Positions 42,501-56,000 of a DNA stretch of 64,000 nucleotides are shown here, one piece after another. Under the pieces are notes generated by a model that was given only the letters and a program-made list of their open reading frames with translations, ran no database searches and had not been told where the DNA came from. The first letter of the stretch is position 1. Each line of letters opens with the position of its first letter. The position numbers and the translations under genes are program-made. Source of the stretch: Eledone cirrhosa (Eukaryota); NCBI GenBank assembly GCA_964016885.1, contig OZ024744.1, positions 1,550,001 through 1,614,000 of the forward strand, read 5' to 3'.

Positions 42501-44639
42501 TCCCAAAACTTCGTTATTCACCAAGCTATCTTTCTCTACCTTGTCTTACCTCAAAACTTCGTTCTTCACCAAGCTATCTTTCTCTACTTTGTCTTCCCCC
42601 AAAACTTCGTTCTTCACCAAGCTATCTTTCTCTACCTTGTCTTCCCCCAAAACTTCGTTCTTCACCAAGCTATCTTTCTCTAGCTTGTCTTCACACAAAA
42701 CTTCGTTCTTCACCAAGCTATCTTTCTCTACCTTGTCTTCCCACAAAACGTCATTCTTCACCAAGCTATCTTTCTCTACCTTGTCTTCCGTCGAAACTTC
42801 GTTCTTCACCAAGATATCTTTCTCTACCTTGTTTTCTCCCAAAACTTCGTTCTTCACCAAGCTATCTTTCTCTAGCTTGTCTTCACACAAAACTTCGTTC
42901 TTCACCAAGCTATCTTTCTCTACCTTGTCTTCCCACAAAACGTCATTCTTCACCACGCTATCTTTCTCTACCTTGTCTTCCGTCGAAACTTCGTTCTTCA
43001 CCAAGATATCTTTCTCTACCTTGTTTTCTCCCAAAACTTCGTTCTTCACCAAGCTATCTTTCTCTACCTTGTCTTCCCTCAGAACTTCGTTCTTCAACAA
43101 GCTATCTTTCTCTACCTTGTCTTCCCTCAAAACGTCGTTCTTCACCAAGCTATCTTTCTCTACCTTGCCTTCCCTCAAAACATCGTTCTTCACCAAGCTA
43201 TCTTTCTCTACCTTGTCTTCACACAAAACTTCGTTCTTCACCAAGCTATCTTTCTCTACCTTGTCTTCCCACAAAACGTCATTCTTCACCAAGCTATCTT
43301 TCTCTACCTTGTCTTCCGTCAAAACTTCGTTCTTCACCAAGATATCTTTCTCTACCTTGTCTTCTCCCAAAACTTCGTTCTTCACCAAGCTATCTTTCTC
43401 TACCTTGTCTTCCCTCAGAACTTCGTTCTTCACCAAGCTATCTTTCTCTACCTTGTCTTCCCCCAAAACTTCGTTCTTCACCAAGCTATCTTTCTCTACA
43501 TTGTCTTCCCCAAAACTTCGTTCTTCACCAAGCTATCTTTCTCTACCTTGTCTTTCATCAAAACGTCGTTCTTCACCAAGCTCTCTTTCTCTACCTTGTC
43601 TTCCCCCAAAACTTCGTTCTTCACCAAGCTATCTTTCTCTACCTTGTCTTCCCACAAAACGTCGTTCTTCACCAAGCTATCTTTCTCTACCTTGTCTTCC
43701 CTCAAAACGTCGTTCTTCACCAAGCTATCTTTCTCTACCTTGTCTTCCCTCAAAACTTCGTTCTTCACCAAGCTATCTTTCTCTACCTTGTCTTCCCCCA
43801 AAACTTCGTTCTTCACCAAGCTATCTTTCTCTACCTTGTCTTCTCCCTAAACTTCGTTATTCACCAAGCTATCTTTCTCTACCTTGTCTTCCCTCAAAAC
43901 TTCGTTCTTCACCAAGCTATCTTTCTCTACCTTGTCTTCCCCCAAAACTTCGTTCTTCACCAAGTCATCTTTCTCTACCTTGTCATCCCTCAAAACTTTG
44001 TTCTTCACCAGTCTATCTTTCTCTACCTTGTCTTCCCCCAAAACTTCGTTCTTCACCAAGCTATCTTTCTCTAGCTTGTCTTCACACAAAACTTCGTTCT
44101 TCACCAAGCTATCTTTCTCTACCTTGTCTTCCCACAAAACGTCATTCTTCACCAAGCTATCTTTCTCTACCTTGTCTTCCGTCAAAACTTCGTTCTTCAC
44201 CAAGATATCTTTCTCTACCTTGTCTCCTCCCAAAACTTCGTTCTTCACCAAGCTATCTTTCTCTACCTTGTCTTCCCTCAGAACTTCGTTCTTCACCAAG
44301 CTATCTTTCTCTACCTTGTCTTCCCCCAAAACTTCGTTCTTCACCAAGCTACCTTTCTCTACATTGTCTTCCCCAAAACTTCGTTCTTCACCAAGCTATC
44401 TTTCACGACCTTGCCTTCCCTCAAAACGTCGTTCTTCACCAAGCTATCTTTCTCTACCTTGTCTTCCCCCAAACTTCGTTCTTCACCAAGCTATCTTTCT
44501 CTACCTTGTCTTCCCCCAAAACTTCGTTCTTCACCAAGCTATCTTTCTCTACCTCGTCTTCCCTCAAAACTTTGTTCTTCACCAAGCTATCTTTCTCTAC
44601 CTTGTCTTCCCCCAAAACTTCGTTCTTCACCAAGCTATC

Positions 44640-47600
44640 TTTCTCTACCTTGTCATCCCCCAAAACTTCGTTCTTCACCAAGCTATCTTTCTCTACCTTG
44701 TCTTCCCCCAAAACTTCGTTCTTCGCAAGCTATCTTTCTCTACCTTGTCTTCCCCCAAAACTTCGTTCTTCAGCAAGCTATCTTTCTCTACCTTGTCTTC
44801 CCACAAAACGTCGTTCTTCACCAAGCTATCTTTCTCTACCTTGTCTTCCCTCAAAACGTCGTTCTTCACCAAGCTATCTTTCTCTACCTTGTCTTCCCTT
44901 AAAACATCGTTCTTCACCACGCTATCTTTCTCTACCTTGTCTTCTCCCAAAACTTCGTTATTCACCAAGCTATCTTTCTCTACCTTGTCTTCCCTCAAAA
45001 CTTCGTTCTTCACCAAGCTATCTTTCTCTACTTTGTCTTCCCCCAAAACTTCGTTCTTCACCAAGCTATCTTTCTCTACCTTGTCTTCCCCCAAAACTTC
45101 GTTCTTCACCAAGCTATCTTTCTCTAGCTTGTCTTCACACAAAACTTCGTTCTTCACCAAGCTATCTTTCTCTACCTTGTCTTCCCACAAAACGTCATTC
45201 TTCACCAAGCTATCTTTCTCTACCTTGTCTTCCGTCGAAACTTCGTTCTTCACCAAGATATCTTTCTCTACCTTGTTTTCTCCCAAAACTTCGTTCTTCA
45301 CCAAGCTATCTTTCTCTAGCTTGTCTTCACACAAAACTTCGTTCTTCACCAAGCTATCTTTCTCTACCTTGTCTTCCCACAAAACGTCATTCTTCACCAC
45401 GCTATCTTTCTCTACCTTGTCTTCCGTCGAAACTTCGTTCTTCACCAAGATATCTTTCTCTACCTTGTTTTCTCCCAAAACTTCGTTCTTCACCAAGCTA
45501 TCTTTCTCTACCTTGTCTTCCCTCAGAACTTCGTTCTTCAACAAGCTATCTTTCTCTACCTTGTCTTCCCTCAAAACGTCGTTCTTAACCAAGCTATCTT
45601 TCTCTACCTTGCCTTCCCTCAAAACATCGTTCTTCACCAAGCTATCTTTCTCTACCTTGTCTTCTCCCAAAACTTCGTTATTCACCAAGCTATCTTTCTC
45701 TACCTTGTCTTCCCTCAAAACTTCGTTCTTCACCAAGCTATCTTTCTCTACCTTGTCTTCCCCCAAAACTTCGTTCTTCACCAAGCTATCTTTCTCTACC
45801 TTGTCTTCCCTCAAAACTTCGTTCTTCACCAAGCTATCTTTCTCTACCTTGTCTTCCCCCAAAACTTCGTTCTTCACCAAGTCATCTTTCTCTACCTTGT
45901 CATCCCTCAAAACTTTGTTCTTCACCAATCTATCTTTCTCTACCTTGTCTTCCCCCAAAACTTCGTTCTTCACCAAGCTATCTTTCTCTACCTTGTCTTC
46001 CCTCAGAACTTCGTTCTTCAACAAGCTATCTTTCTCTACCTTGTCTTCCCTCAAAACGTCGTTCTTCACCAAGCTATCTTTCTCTACCTTGCCTTCCCTC
46101 AAAACATCGTTCTTCACCAAGCTATCTTTCTCTACCTTGTCTTCTCCCAAAACTTCGTTATTCACCAACCTATCTTTCTCTACCTTGTCTTCCCTCAAAA
46201 CTTCGTTCTTCACCAAGCTATCTTTCTCTACCTTGTCTTCCCCCAAAACTTCGTTCTTCACCAAGCTATCTTTCTCTACCTTGTCTTCCCCCAAAACTTC
46301 GTTCTTCACCAAGCTATCTTTCTCTACCTTGTCTTTCCCCAAAACTTCTTTCTTCACCAAGTCATCTTTCTCTACCTTGTCATCCCTCAAAACTTCGTTC
46401 TTCACCAATCTATCTTTTTCTGCCTTGTCTTCCCCCAAAACTTCGTTCTTCACCAAGCTATCTTTTTCTACCTTGTCTTCACACAAAACTTCGTTCTTCA
46501 CCAAGCTATCTTTCTCTACCTTGTCTTCCCACAAAACGTCATTCTTCACCAAGCTATCTTTCTCTACCTTGTCTTCCGTCAAAACTTCGTTCTTCACCAA
46601 GATATCTTTCTCTACCTTGTCTTCTCCCAAAACTTCGTTCTTCACCAAGCTATCTTTCTCTACCTTGTCTTCCCTCAGAACTTCGTTCTTCACCAAGCTA
46701 TCTTTCTCTACCTTGTCTTCCCCCAAAACTTCGTTCTTCACCAAGCTATCTTTCTCTACATTGTCTTCCCCAAAACTTCGTTCTTCACCAAGCTATCTTT
46801 CTCTACCTTGTCTTTCATCAAAACGTCGTTCTTCACCAAGCTCTCTTTCTCTACCTTGTCTTCCCCCAAAACTTCGTTCTTCACCAAGCTATCTTTCTCT
46901 ACCTTGTCTTCCCACAAAACGTCGTTCTTCACCAAGCTATCTTTCTCTACCTTGTCTTCCCTCAAAACGTCGTTCTTCACCAAGCTATCTTTCTCTACCT
47001 TGTCTTCCCTCAAAACTTCGTTCTTCACCAAGCTATCTTTCTCTACCTTGTCTTCCCCCAAAACTTCGTTATTCACCAAGCTATCTTTCTCTACCTTGTC
47101 TTCTCCCTAAACTTCGTTATTCACCAAGCTATCTTTCTCTACCTTGTCTTCCCTCAAAACTTCGTTCTTCACCAAGCTATCTTTCTCTACCTTGTCTTCC
47201 CCCAAAACTTCGTTCTTCACCAAGTCATCTTTCTCTACCTTGTCATCCCTCAAAACTTTGTTCTTCACCAAGCTATCTTTCTCTACCTTGTCTTCCCTCA
47301 AAACTTCGTTCTTCACCAAGCTATCTTTCTCTACCTTGTCTTCCCCCAAAACTTCGTTCTTCACCAAGTCATCTTTCTCTACCTTGTCATCCCTCAAAAC
47401 TTTGTTCTTCACCAGTCTATCTTTCTCTACCTTGTCATCCCCCAAAACTTCGTTCTTCACCAAGCTATCTTTCTCTACCTTGTCTTCCCCCAAAACTTCG
47501 TTCTTCGCAAGCTATCTTTCTCTACCTTGTCTTCCCCCAAAACTTCGTTCTTCAGCAAGCTATCTTTCTCTACCTTGTCTTCCCACAAAACGTCGTTCTT

Positions 47601-50040
47601 CACCAAGCTATCTTTCTCTACCTTGTCTTCCCTCAAAACGTCGTTCTTCACCAAGCTATCTTTCTCTACCTTGTCTTCCCTTAAAACATCGTTCTTCACC
47701 ACGCTATCTTTCTCTACCTTGTCTTCTCCCAAAACTTCGTTATTCACCAAGCTATCTTTCTCTACCTTGTCTTCCCTCAAAACTTCGTTCTTCACCAAGC
47801 TATCTTTCTCTACTTTGTCTTCCCCCAAAACTTCGTTCTTCACCAAGCTATCTTTCTCTACCTTGTCTTCCCCCAAAACTTCGTTCTTCACCAAGCTATC
47901 TTTCTCTAGCTTGTCTTCACACAAAACTTCGTTCTTCACCAAGCTATCTTTCTCTACCTTGTCTTCCCACAAAACGTCATTCTTCACCAAGCTATCTTTC
48001 TCTACCTTGTCTTCCGTCGAAACTTCGTTCTTCACCAAGATATCTTTCTCTACCTTGTTTTCTCCCAAAACTTCGTTCTTCACCAAGCTATCTTTCTCTA
48101 GCTTGTCTTCACACAAAACTTCGTTCTTCACCAAGCTATCTTTCTCTACCTTGTCTTCCCACAAAACGTCATTCTTCACCACGCTATCTTTCTCTACCTT
48201 GTCTTCCGTCGAAACTTCGTTCTTCACCAAGATATCTTTCTCTACCTTGTTTTCTCCCAAAACTTCGTTCTTCACCAAGCTATCTTTCTCTACCTTGTCT
48301 TCCCTCAGAACTTCGTTCTTCAACAAGCTATCTTTCTCTACCTTGTCTTCCCTCAAAACGTCGTTCTTAACCAAGCTATCTTTCTCTACCTTGCCTTCCC
48401 TCAAAACATCGTTCTTCACCAAGCTATCTTTCTCTACCTTGTCTTCTCCCAAAACTTCGTTATTCACCAAGCTATCTTTCTCTACCTTGTCTTCCCTCAA
48501 AACTTCGTTCTTCACCAAGCTATCTTTCTCTACCTTGTCTTCCCCCAAAACTTCGTTCTTCACCAAGCTATCTTTCTCTACCTTGTCTTCCCTCAAAACT
48601 TCGTTCTTCACCAAGCTATCTTTCTCTACCTTGTCTTCCCCCAAAACTTCGTTCTTCACCAAGTCATCTTTCTCTACCTTGTCATCCCTCAAAACTTTGT
48701 TCTTCACCAATCTATCTTTCTCTACCTTGTCTTCCCCCAAAACTTCGTTCTTCACCAAGCTATCTTTCTCTACCTTGTCTTCCCTCAGAACTTCGTTCTT
48801 CAACAAGCTATCTTTCTCTACCTTGTCTTCCCTCAAAACGTCGTTCTTCACCAAGCTATCTTTCTCTACCTTGCCTTCCCTCAAAACATCGTTCTTCACC
48901 AAGCTATCTTTCTCTACCTTGTCTTCTCCCAAAACTTCGTTATTCACCAACCTATCTTTCTCTACCTTGTCTTCCCTCAAAACTTCGTTCTTCACCAAGC
49001 TATCTTTCTCTACCTTGTCTTCCCCCAAAACTTCGTTCTTCACCAAGCTATCTTTCTCTACCTTGTCTTCCCCCAAAACTTCGTTCTTCACCAAGCTATC
49101 TTTCTCTACCTTGTCTTTCCCCAAAACTTCTTTCTTCACCAAGTCATCTTTCTCTACCTTGTCATCCCTCAAAACTTCGTTCTTCACCAATCTATCTTTT
49201 TCTGCCTTGTCTTCCCCCAAAACTTCGTTCTTCACCAAGCTATCTTTTTCTACCTTGTCTTCACACAAAACTTCGTTCTTCACCAAGCTATCTTTCTCTA
49301 CCTTGTCTTCCCACAAAACGTCATTCTTCACCAAGCTATCTTTCTCTACCTTGTCTTCCGTCAAAACTTCGTTCTTCACCAAGATATCTTTCTCTACCTT
49401 GTCTTCTCCCAAAACTTCGTTCTTCACCAAGCTATCTTTCTCTACCTTGTCTTCCCTCAGAACTTCGTTCTTCACCAAGCTATCTTTCTCTACCTTGTCT
49501 TCCCCCAAAACTTCGTTCTTCACCAAGCTATCTTTCTCTACATTGTCTTCCCCAAAACTTCGTTCTTCACCAAGCTATCTTTCTCTACCTTGTCTTTCAT
49601 CAAAACGTCGTTCTTCACCAAGCTCTCTTTCTCTACCTTGTCTTCCCCCAAAACTTCGTTCTTCACCAAGCTATCTTTCTCTACCTTGTCTTCCCACAAA
49701 ACGTCGTTCTTCACCAAGCTATCTTTCTCTACCTTGTCTTCCCTCAAAACGTCGTTCTTCACCAAGCTATCTTTCTCTACCTTGTCTTCCCTCAAAACTT
49801 CGTTCTTCACCAAGCTATCTTTCTCTACCTTGTCTTCCCCCAAAACTTCGTTATTCACCAAGCTATCTTTCTCTACCTTGTCTTCTCCCTAAACTTCGTT
49901 ATTCACCAAGCTATCTTTCTCTACCTTGTCTTCCCTCAAAACTTCGTTCTTCACCAAGCTATCTTTCTCTACCTTGTCTTCCCCCAAAACTTCGTTCTTC
50001 ACCAAGTCATCTTTCTCTACCTTGTCATCCCTCAAAACTT
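44640..50040. repeat. Recent tandem duplication, period 2782 bp (58 monomers)
   Basis: ORF pairs 44693/47475, 46756/49538 and 47107/49889. Private SNPs shared only by these two copies are CCCTTAAAAC (about 44896/47678), TTCTTAACC (about 45582/48364) and CTTTTTCTACC (about 46462/49244). Confidence 0.9.
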
Positions 50041-53000
50041 TGTTCTTCACCAGTCTATCTTTCTCTACCTTGTCTTCCCCCAAAACTTCGTTCTTCACCA
50101 AGCTATCTTTCTCTAGCTTGTCTTCACACAAAACTTCGTTCTTCACCAAGCTATCTTTCTCTACCTTGTCTTCCCACAAAACGTCATTCTTCACCAAGCT
50201 ATCTTTCTCTACCTTGTCTTCCGTCAAAACTTCGTTCTTCACCAAGATATCTTTCTCTACCTTGTCTCCTCCCAAAACTTCGTTCTTCACCAAGCTATCT
50301 TTCTCTACCTTGTCTTCCCTCAGAACTTCGTTCTTCACCAAGCTATCTTTCTCTACCTTGTCTTCCCCCAAAACTTCGTTCTTCACCAAGCTATCTTTCT
50401 CTACATTGTCTTCCCCAAAACTTCGTTCTTCACCAAGCTATCTTTCACGACCTTGTCTTCCCTCAAAACGTCGTTCTTCACCAAGCTATCTTTCTCTACC
50501 TTGTCTTCCCCCAAACTTCGTTCTTCACCAAGCTATCTTTCTCTACCTTGTCTTCCCCCAAAACTTCGTTCTTCACCAAGCTATCTTTCTCTACCTCGTC
50601 TTCCCTCAAAACTTTGTTCTTCACCAAGCTATCTTTCTCTACCTTGTCTTCCCCCAAAACTTCGTTCTTCACCAAGCTATCTTTCTCTACCTTGTCATCC
50701 CCCAAAACTTCGTTCTTCACCAAGCTATCTTTCTCTACCTTGTCTTCCCCCAAAACTTCGTTCTTCGCAAGCTATCTTTCTCTACCTTGTCTTCCCCCAA
50801 AACTTCGTTCTTCAGCAAGCTATCTTTCTCTACCTTGTCTTCCCACAAAACGTCGTTCTTCACCAAGCTATCTTTCTCTACCTTGTCTTCCCTCAAAACG
50901 TCGTTCTTCACCAAGCTATCTTTCTCTACCTTGTCTTCCCTCAAAACATCATTCTTCACCACGCTATCTTTCTCTACCTTGTCTTCTCCCAAAACTTCGT
51001 TATTCACCAAGCTATCTTTCTCTACCTTGTCTTCCCTCAAAACTTCGTTCTTCACCAAGCTATCTTTCTCTACCTTGTCTTCCCCCAAAACTTCGTTCTT
51101 CACCAAGCTATCTTTCTCTACCTTGTCTTCCCCCAAAACTTCGTTCTTCACCAAGCTATCTTTCTCTAGCTTGTCTTCACACAAAACTTCGTTCTTCACC
51201 AAGCTATCTTTCTCTACCTTGTCTTCCCACAAAACGTCATTCTTCACCAAGCTATCTTTCTCTACCTTGTCTTCCGTCGAAACTTCGTTCTTCACCAAGA
51301 TATCTTTCTCTACCTTGTTTTCTCCCAAAACTTCGTTCTTCACCAAGCTATCTTTCTCTAGCTTGTCTTCACACAAAACTTCGTTCTTCACCAAGCTATC
51401 TTTCTCTACCTTGTCTTCCCACAAAACGTCATTCTTCACCACGCTATCTTTCTCTACCTTGTCTTCCGTCGAAACTTCGTTCTTCACCAAGATATCTTTC
51501 TCTACCTTGTTTTCTCCCAAAACTTCGTTCTTCACCAAGCTATCTTTCTCTACCTTGTCTTCCCTCAGAACTTCGTTCTTCAACAAGCTATCTTTCTCTA
51601 CCTTGTCTTCCCTCAAAACGTCGTTCTTCACCAAGCTATCTTTCTCTACCTTGCCTTCCCTCAAAACATCGTTCTTCACCAAGCTATCTTTCTCTACCTT
51701 GTCTTCTCCCAAAACTTCGTTATTCACCAAGCTATCTTTCTCTACCTTGTCTTCCCTCAAAACTTCGTTCTTCACCAAGCTATCTTTCTCTACCTTGTCT
51801 TCCCCCAAAACTTCGTTCTTCACCAAGCTATCTTTCTCTACCTTGTCTTCCCTCAAAACGTCGTTCTTCACCAAGCTATCTTTCTCTACCTTGTCTTCCC
51901 CCAAAACTTCGTTCTTCACCAAGCTATCTTTCTCTACCTCGTCTTCCCTCAAAACTTCGTTCTTCACCAAGCTATCTTTCTCTACCTTGTCTTCCCCCAA
52001 AACTTCGTTCTTCACCAAGCTATCTTTCTCTACATTGTCTTCCCCAAAACTTCGTTCTTCACCAAGCTATCTTTCACGACCTTGTCTTCCCTCAAAACGT
52101 CGTTCTTCACCAAGCTATCTTTCTCTACCTTGTCTTCCCCCAAACTTCGTTCTTCACCAAGCTATCTTTCTCTACCTTGTCTTCCCCCAAAACTTCGTTC
52201 TTCACCAAGCTATCTTTCTCTACCTCGTCTTCCCTCAAAACTTTGTTCTTCACCAAGCTATCTTTCTCTACCTTGTCTTCCCCCAAAACTTCGTTCTTCA
52301 CCAAGCTATCTTTCTCTACCTTGTCATCCCCCAAAACTTCGTTCTTCACCAAGCTATCTTTCTCTACCTTGTCTTCCCCCAAAACTTCGTTCTTCGCAAG
52401 CTACCTTTCTCTACCTTGTCTTCCCCCAAAACTTCGTTCTTCACCAAGCTATCTTTCTCTACCTTGTCTTCCCTCAAAACGTCGTTCTTCACCAAGCTAT
52501 CTTTCTCTACCTTGTCTTCCCCCAAAACTTCGTTCTTCACCAAGCTATCTTTCTCTACCTCGTCTTCCCTCAAAACTTCGTTCTTCACCAAGCTATCTTT
52601 CTCTACCTTGTCTTCCCACAAAACGTCATTCTTCACCAAGCTATCTTTCTCTACCTTGTCTTCCGTCAAAACTTCGTTCTTCACCAAGCTATCTTTCTCT
52701 ACCTTGTCTTCCCTCAAAACGTCGTTCTTCACCAAGCTATCTTTCTCTACCTTGTCTTCCCCCAAAACTTCGTTCTTCACCAAGCTATCTTTCTCTACCT
52801 CGTCTTCCCTCAAAACTTCGTTCTTCACCAAGCTATCTTTCTCTACCTTGTCTTCCCACAACACGTCATTCTTCACCAAGCTATCTTTCTCTACCTTGTC
52901 TTCCGTCGAAACTTCGTTCTTCACCAAGATATCTTTCTCTACCTTGTTTTCTCCCAAAACTTCGTTCTTCACCAAGCTATCTTTCTCTAGCTTGTCTTCA

Positions 53001-56000
53001 CACAAAACTTCGTTCTTCACCAAGCTATCTTTCTCTACCTTGTCTTCCCACAAAACGTCATTCTTCACCAAGCTATCTTTCTCTACCTTGTCTTCCGTCA
53101 AAACTTCGTTCTTCACCAAGATATCTTTCTCTACCTTGTCTTCTCCCAAAACTTCGTTCTTCACCAAGCTATCTTTCTCTACCTCGTCTTCCCTCAAAAC
53201 TTCGTTCTTCACCAAGCTATCTTTCTCTACCTTGTCTTCCCCCAAAACTTCGTTCTTCACCAAGCTATCTTTCTCTACCTTGTCTTCTCCCTAAACTTCG
53301 TTATTCACCAAGCTATCTTTCTCTACCTTGTCTTCCCTCAAAACTTCGTTCTTCACCAAGCTATCTTTCTCTACCTTGTCTTCCCCCAAAACTTCGTTCT
53401 TCACCAAGTCATCTTTCTCTACCTTGTCATCCCTCAAAACTTTGTTCTTCACCAGTCTATCTTTCTCTACCTTGTCTTCCCCCAAAACTTCGTTCTTCAC
53501 CAAGCTATCTTTCTCTAGCTTGTCTTCACACAAAACTTCGTTCTTCACCAAGCTATCTTTCTCTACCTTGTCTTCCCACAAAACGTCATTCTTCACCAAG
53601 CTATCTTTCTCTACCTTGTCTTCCGTCAAAACTTCGTTCTTCACCAAGATATCTTTCTCTACCTTGTCTCCTCCCAAAACTTCGTTCTTCACCAAGCTAT
53701 CTTTCTCTACCTTGTCTTCCCTCAGAACTTCGTTCTTCACCAAGCTATCTTTCTCTACCTTGTCTTCCCCCAAAACTTCGTTCTTCACCAAGCTATCTTT
53801 CTCTACATTGTCTTCCCCAAAACTTCGTTCTTCACCAAGCTATCTTTCACGACCTTGTCTTCCCTCAAAACGTCGTTCTTCACCAAGCTATCTTTCTCTA
53901 CCTTGTCTTCCCCCAAACTTCGTTCTTCACCAAGCTATCTTTCTCTACCTTGTCTTCCCCCAAAACTTCGTTCTTCACCAAGCTATCTTTCTCTACCTCG
54001 TCTTCCCTCAAAACTTTGTTCTTCACCAAGCTATCTTTCTCTACCTTGTCTTCCCCCAAAACTTCGTTCTTCACCAAGCTATCTTTCTCTACCTTGTCAT
54101 CCCCCAAAACTTCGTTCTTCACCAAGCTATCTTTCTCTACCTTGTCTTCCCCCAAAACTTCGTTCTTCGCAAGCTATCTTTCTCTACCTTGTCTTCCCCC
54201 AAAACTTCGTTCTTCAGCAAGCTATCTTTCTCTACCTTGTCTTCCCACAAAACGTCGTTCTTCACCAAGCTATCTTTCTCTACCTTGTCTTCCCTCAAAA
54301 CGTCGTTCTTCACCAAGCTATCTTTCTCTACCTTGTCTTCCCTCAAAACATCGTTCTTCACCACGCTATCTTTCTCTACCTTGTCTTCTCCCAAAACTTC
54401 GTTATTCACCAAGCTATCTTTCTCTACCTTGTCTTCCCTCAAAACTTCGTTCTTCACCAAGCTATCTTTCTCTACTTTGTCTTCCCCCAAAACTTCGTTC
54501 TTCACCAAGCTATCTTTCTCTACCTTGTCTTCCCCCAAAACTTCGTTCTTCACCAAGCTATCTTTCTCTAGCTTGTCTTCACACAAAACTTCGTTCTTCA
54601 CCAAGCTATCTTTCTCTACCTTGTCTTCCCACAAAACGTCATTCTTCACCAAGCTATCTTTCTCTACCTTGTCTTCCGTCGAAACTTCGTTCTTCACCAA
54701 GATATCTTTCTCTACCTTGTTTTCTCCCAAAACTTCGTTCTTCACCAAGCTATCTTTCTCTAGCTTGTCTTCACACAAAACTTCGTTCTTCACCAAGCTA
54801 TCTTTCTCTACCTTGTCTTCCCACAAAACGTCATTCTTCACCACGCTATCTTTCTCTACCTTGTCTCCCGTCGAAACTTCGTTCTTCACCAAGATATCTT
54901 TCTCTACCTTGTTTTCTCCCAAAACTTCGTTCTTCACCAAGCTATCTTTCTCTACCTTGTCTTCCCTCAGAACTTCGTTCTTCAACAAGCTATCTTTCTC
55001 TACCTTGTCTTCCCTCAAAACGTCGTTCTTCACCAAGCTATCTTTCTCTACCTTGCCTTCCCTCAAAACATCGTTCTTCACCAAGCTATCTTTCTCTACC
55101 TTGTCTTCTCCCAAAACTTCGTTATTCACCAAGCTATCTTTCTCTACCTTGTCTTCCCTCAAAACTTCGTTCTTCACCAAGCTATCTTTCTCTACCTTGT
55201 CTTCCCCCAAAACTTCGTTCTTCACCAAGCTATCTTTCTCTACCTTGTCTTCCCTCAAAACTTCGTTCTTCACCAAGCTATCTTTCTCTACCTTGTCTTC
55301 CCCCAAAACTTCGTTCTTCACCAAGTCATCTTTCTCTACCTTGTCATCCCTCAAAACTTTGTTCTTCACCAATCTATCTTTCTCTACCTTGTCTTCCCCC
55401 AAAACTTCGTTCTTCACCAAGCTATCTTTCTCTACCTTGTCTTCCCTCAGAACTTCGTTCTTCAACAAGCTATCTTTCTCTACCTTGTCTTCCCTCAAAA
55501 CGTCGTTCTTCACCAAGCTATCTTTCTCTACCTTGCCTTCCCTCAAAACATCGTTCTTCACCAAGCTATCTTTCTCTACCTTGTCTTCTCCCAAAACTTC
55601 GTTATTCACCAACCTATCTTTCTCTACCTTGTCTTCCCTCAAAACTTCGTTCTTCACCAAGCTATCTTTCTCTACCTTGTCTTCCCCCAAAACTTCGTTC
55701 TTCACCAAGCTATCTTTCTCTACCTTGTCTTCCCCCAAAACTTCGTTCTTCACCAAGCTATCTTTCTCTACCTTGTCTTTCCCCAAAACTTCTTTCTTCA
55801 CCAAGTCATCTTTCTCTACCTTGTCATCCCTCAAAACTTCGTTCTTCACCAATCTATCTTTTTCTGCCTTGTCTTCCCCCAAAACTTCGTTCTTCACCAA
55901 GCTATCTTTCTCTACCTTGTCTTCACACAAAACTTCGTTCTTCACCAAGCTATCTTTCTCTACCTTGTCTTCCCACAAAACGTCATTCTTCACCAAGCTA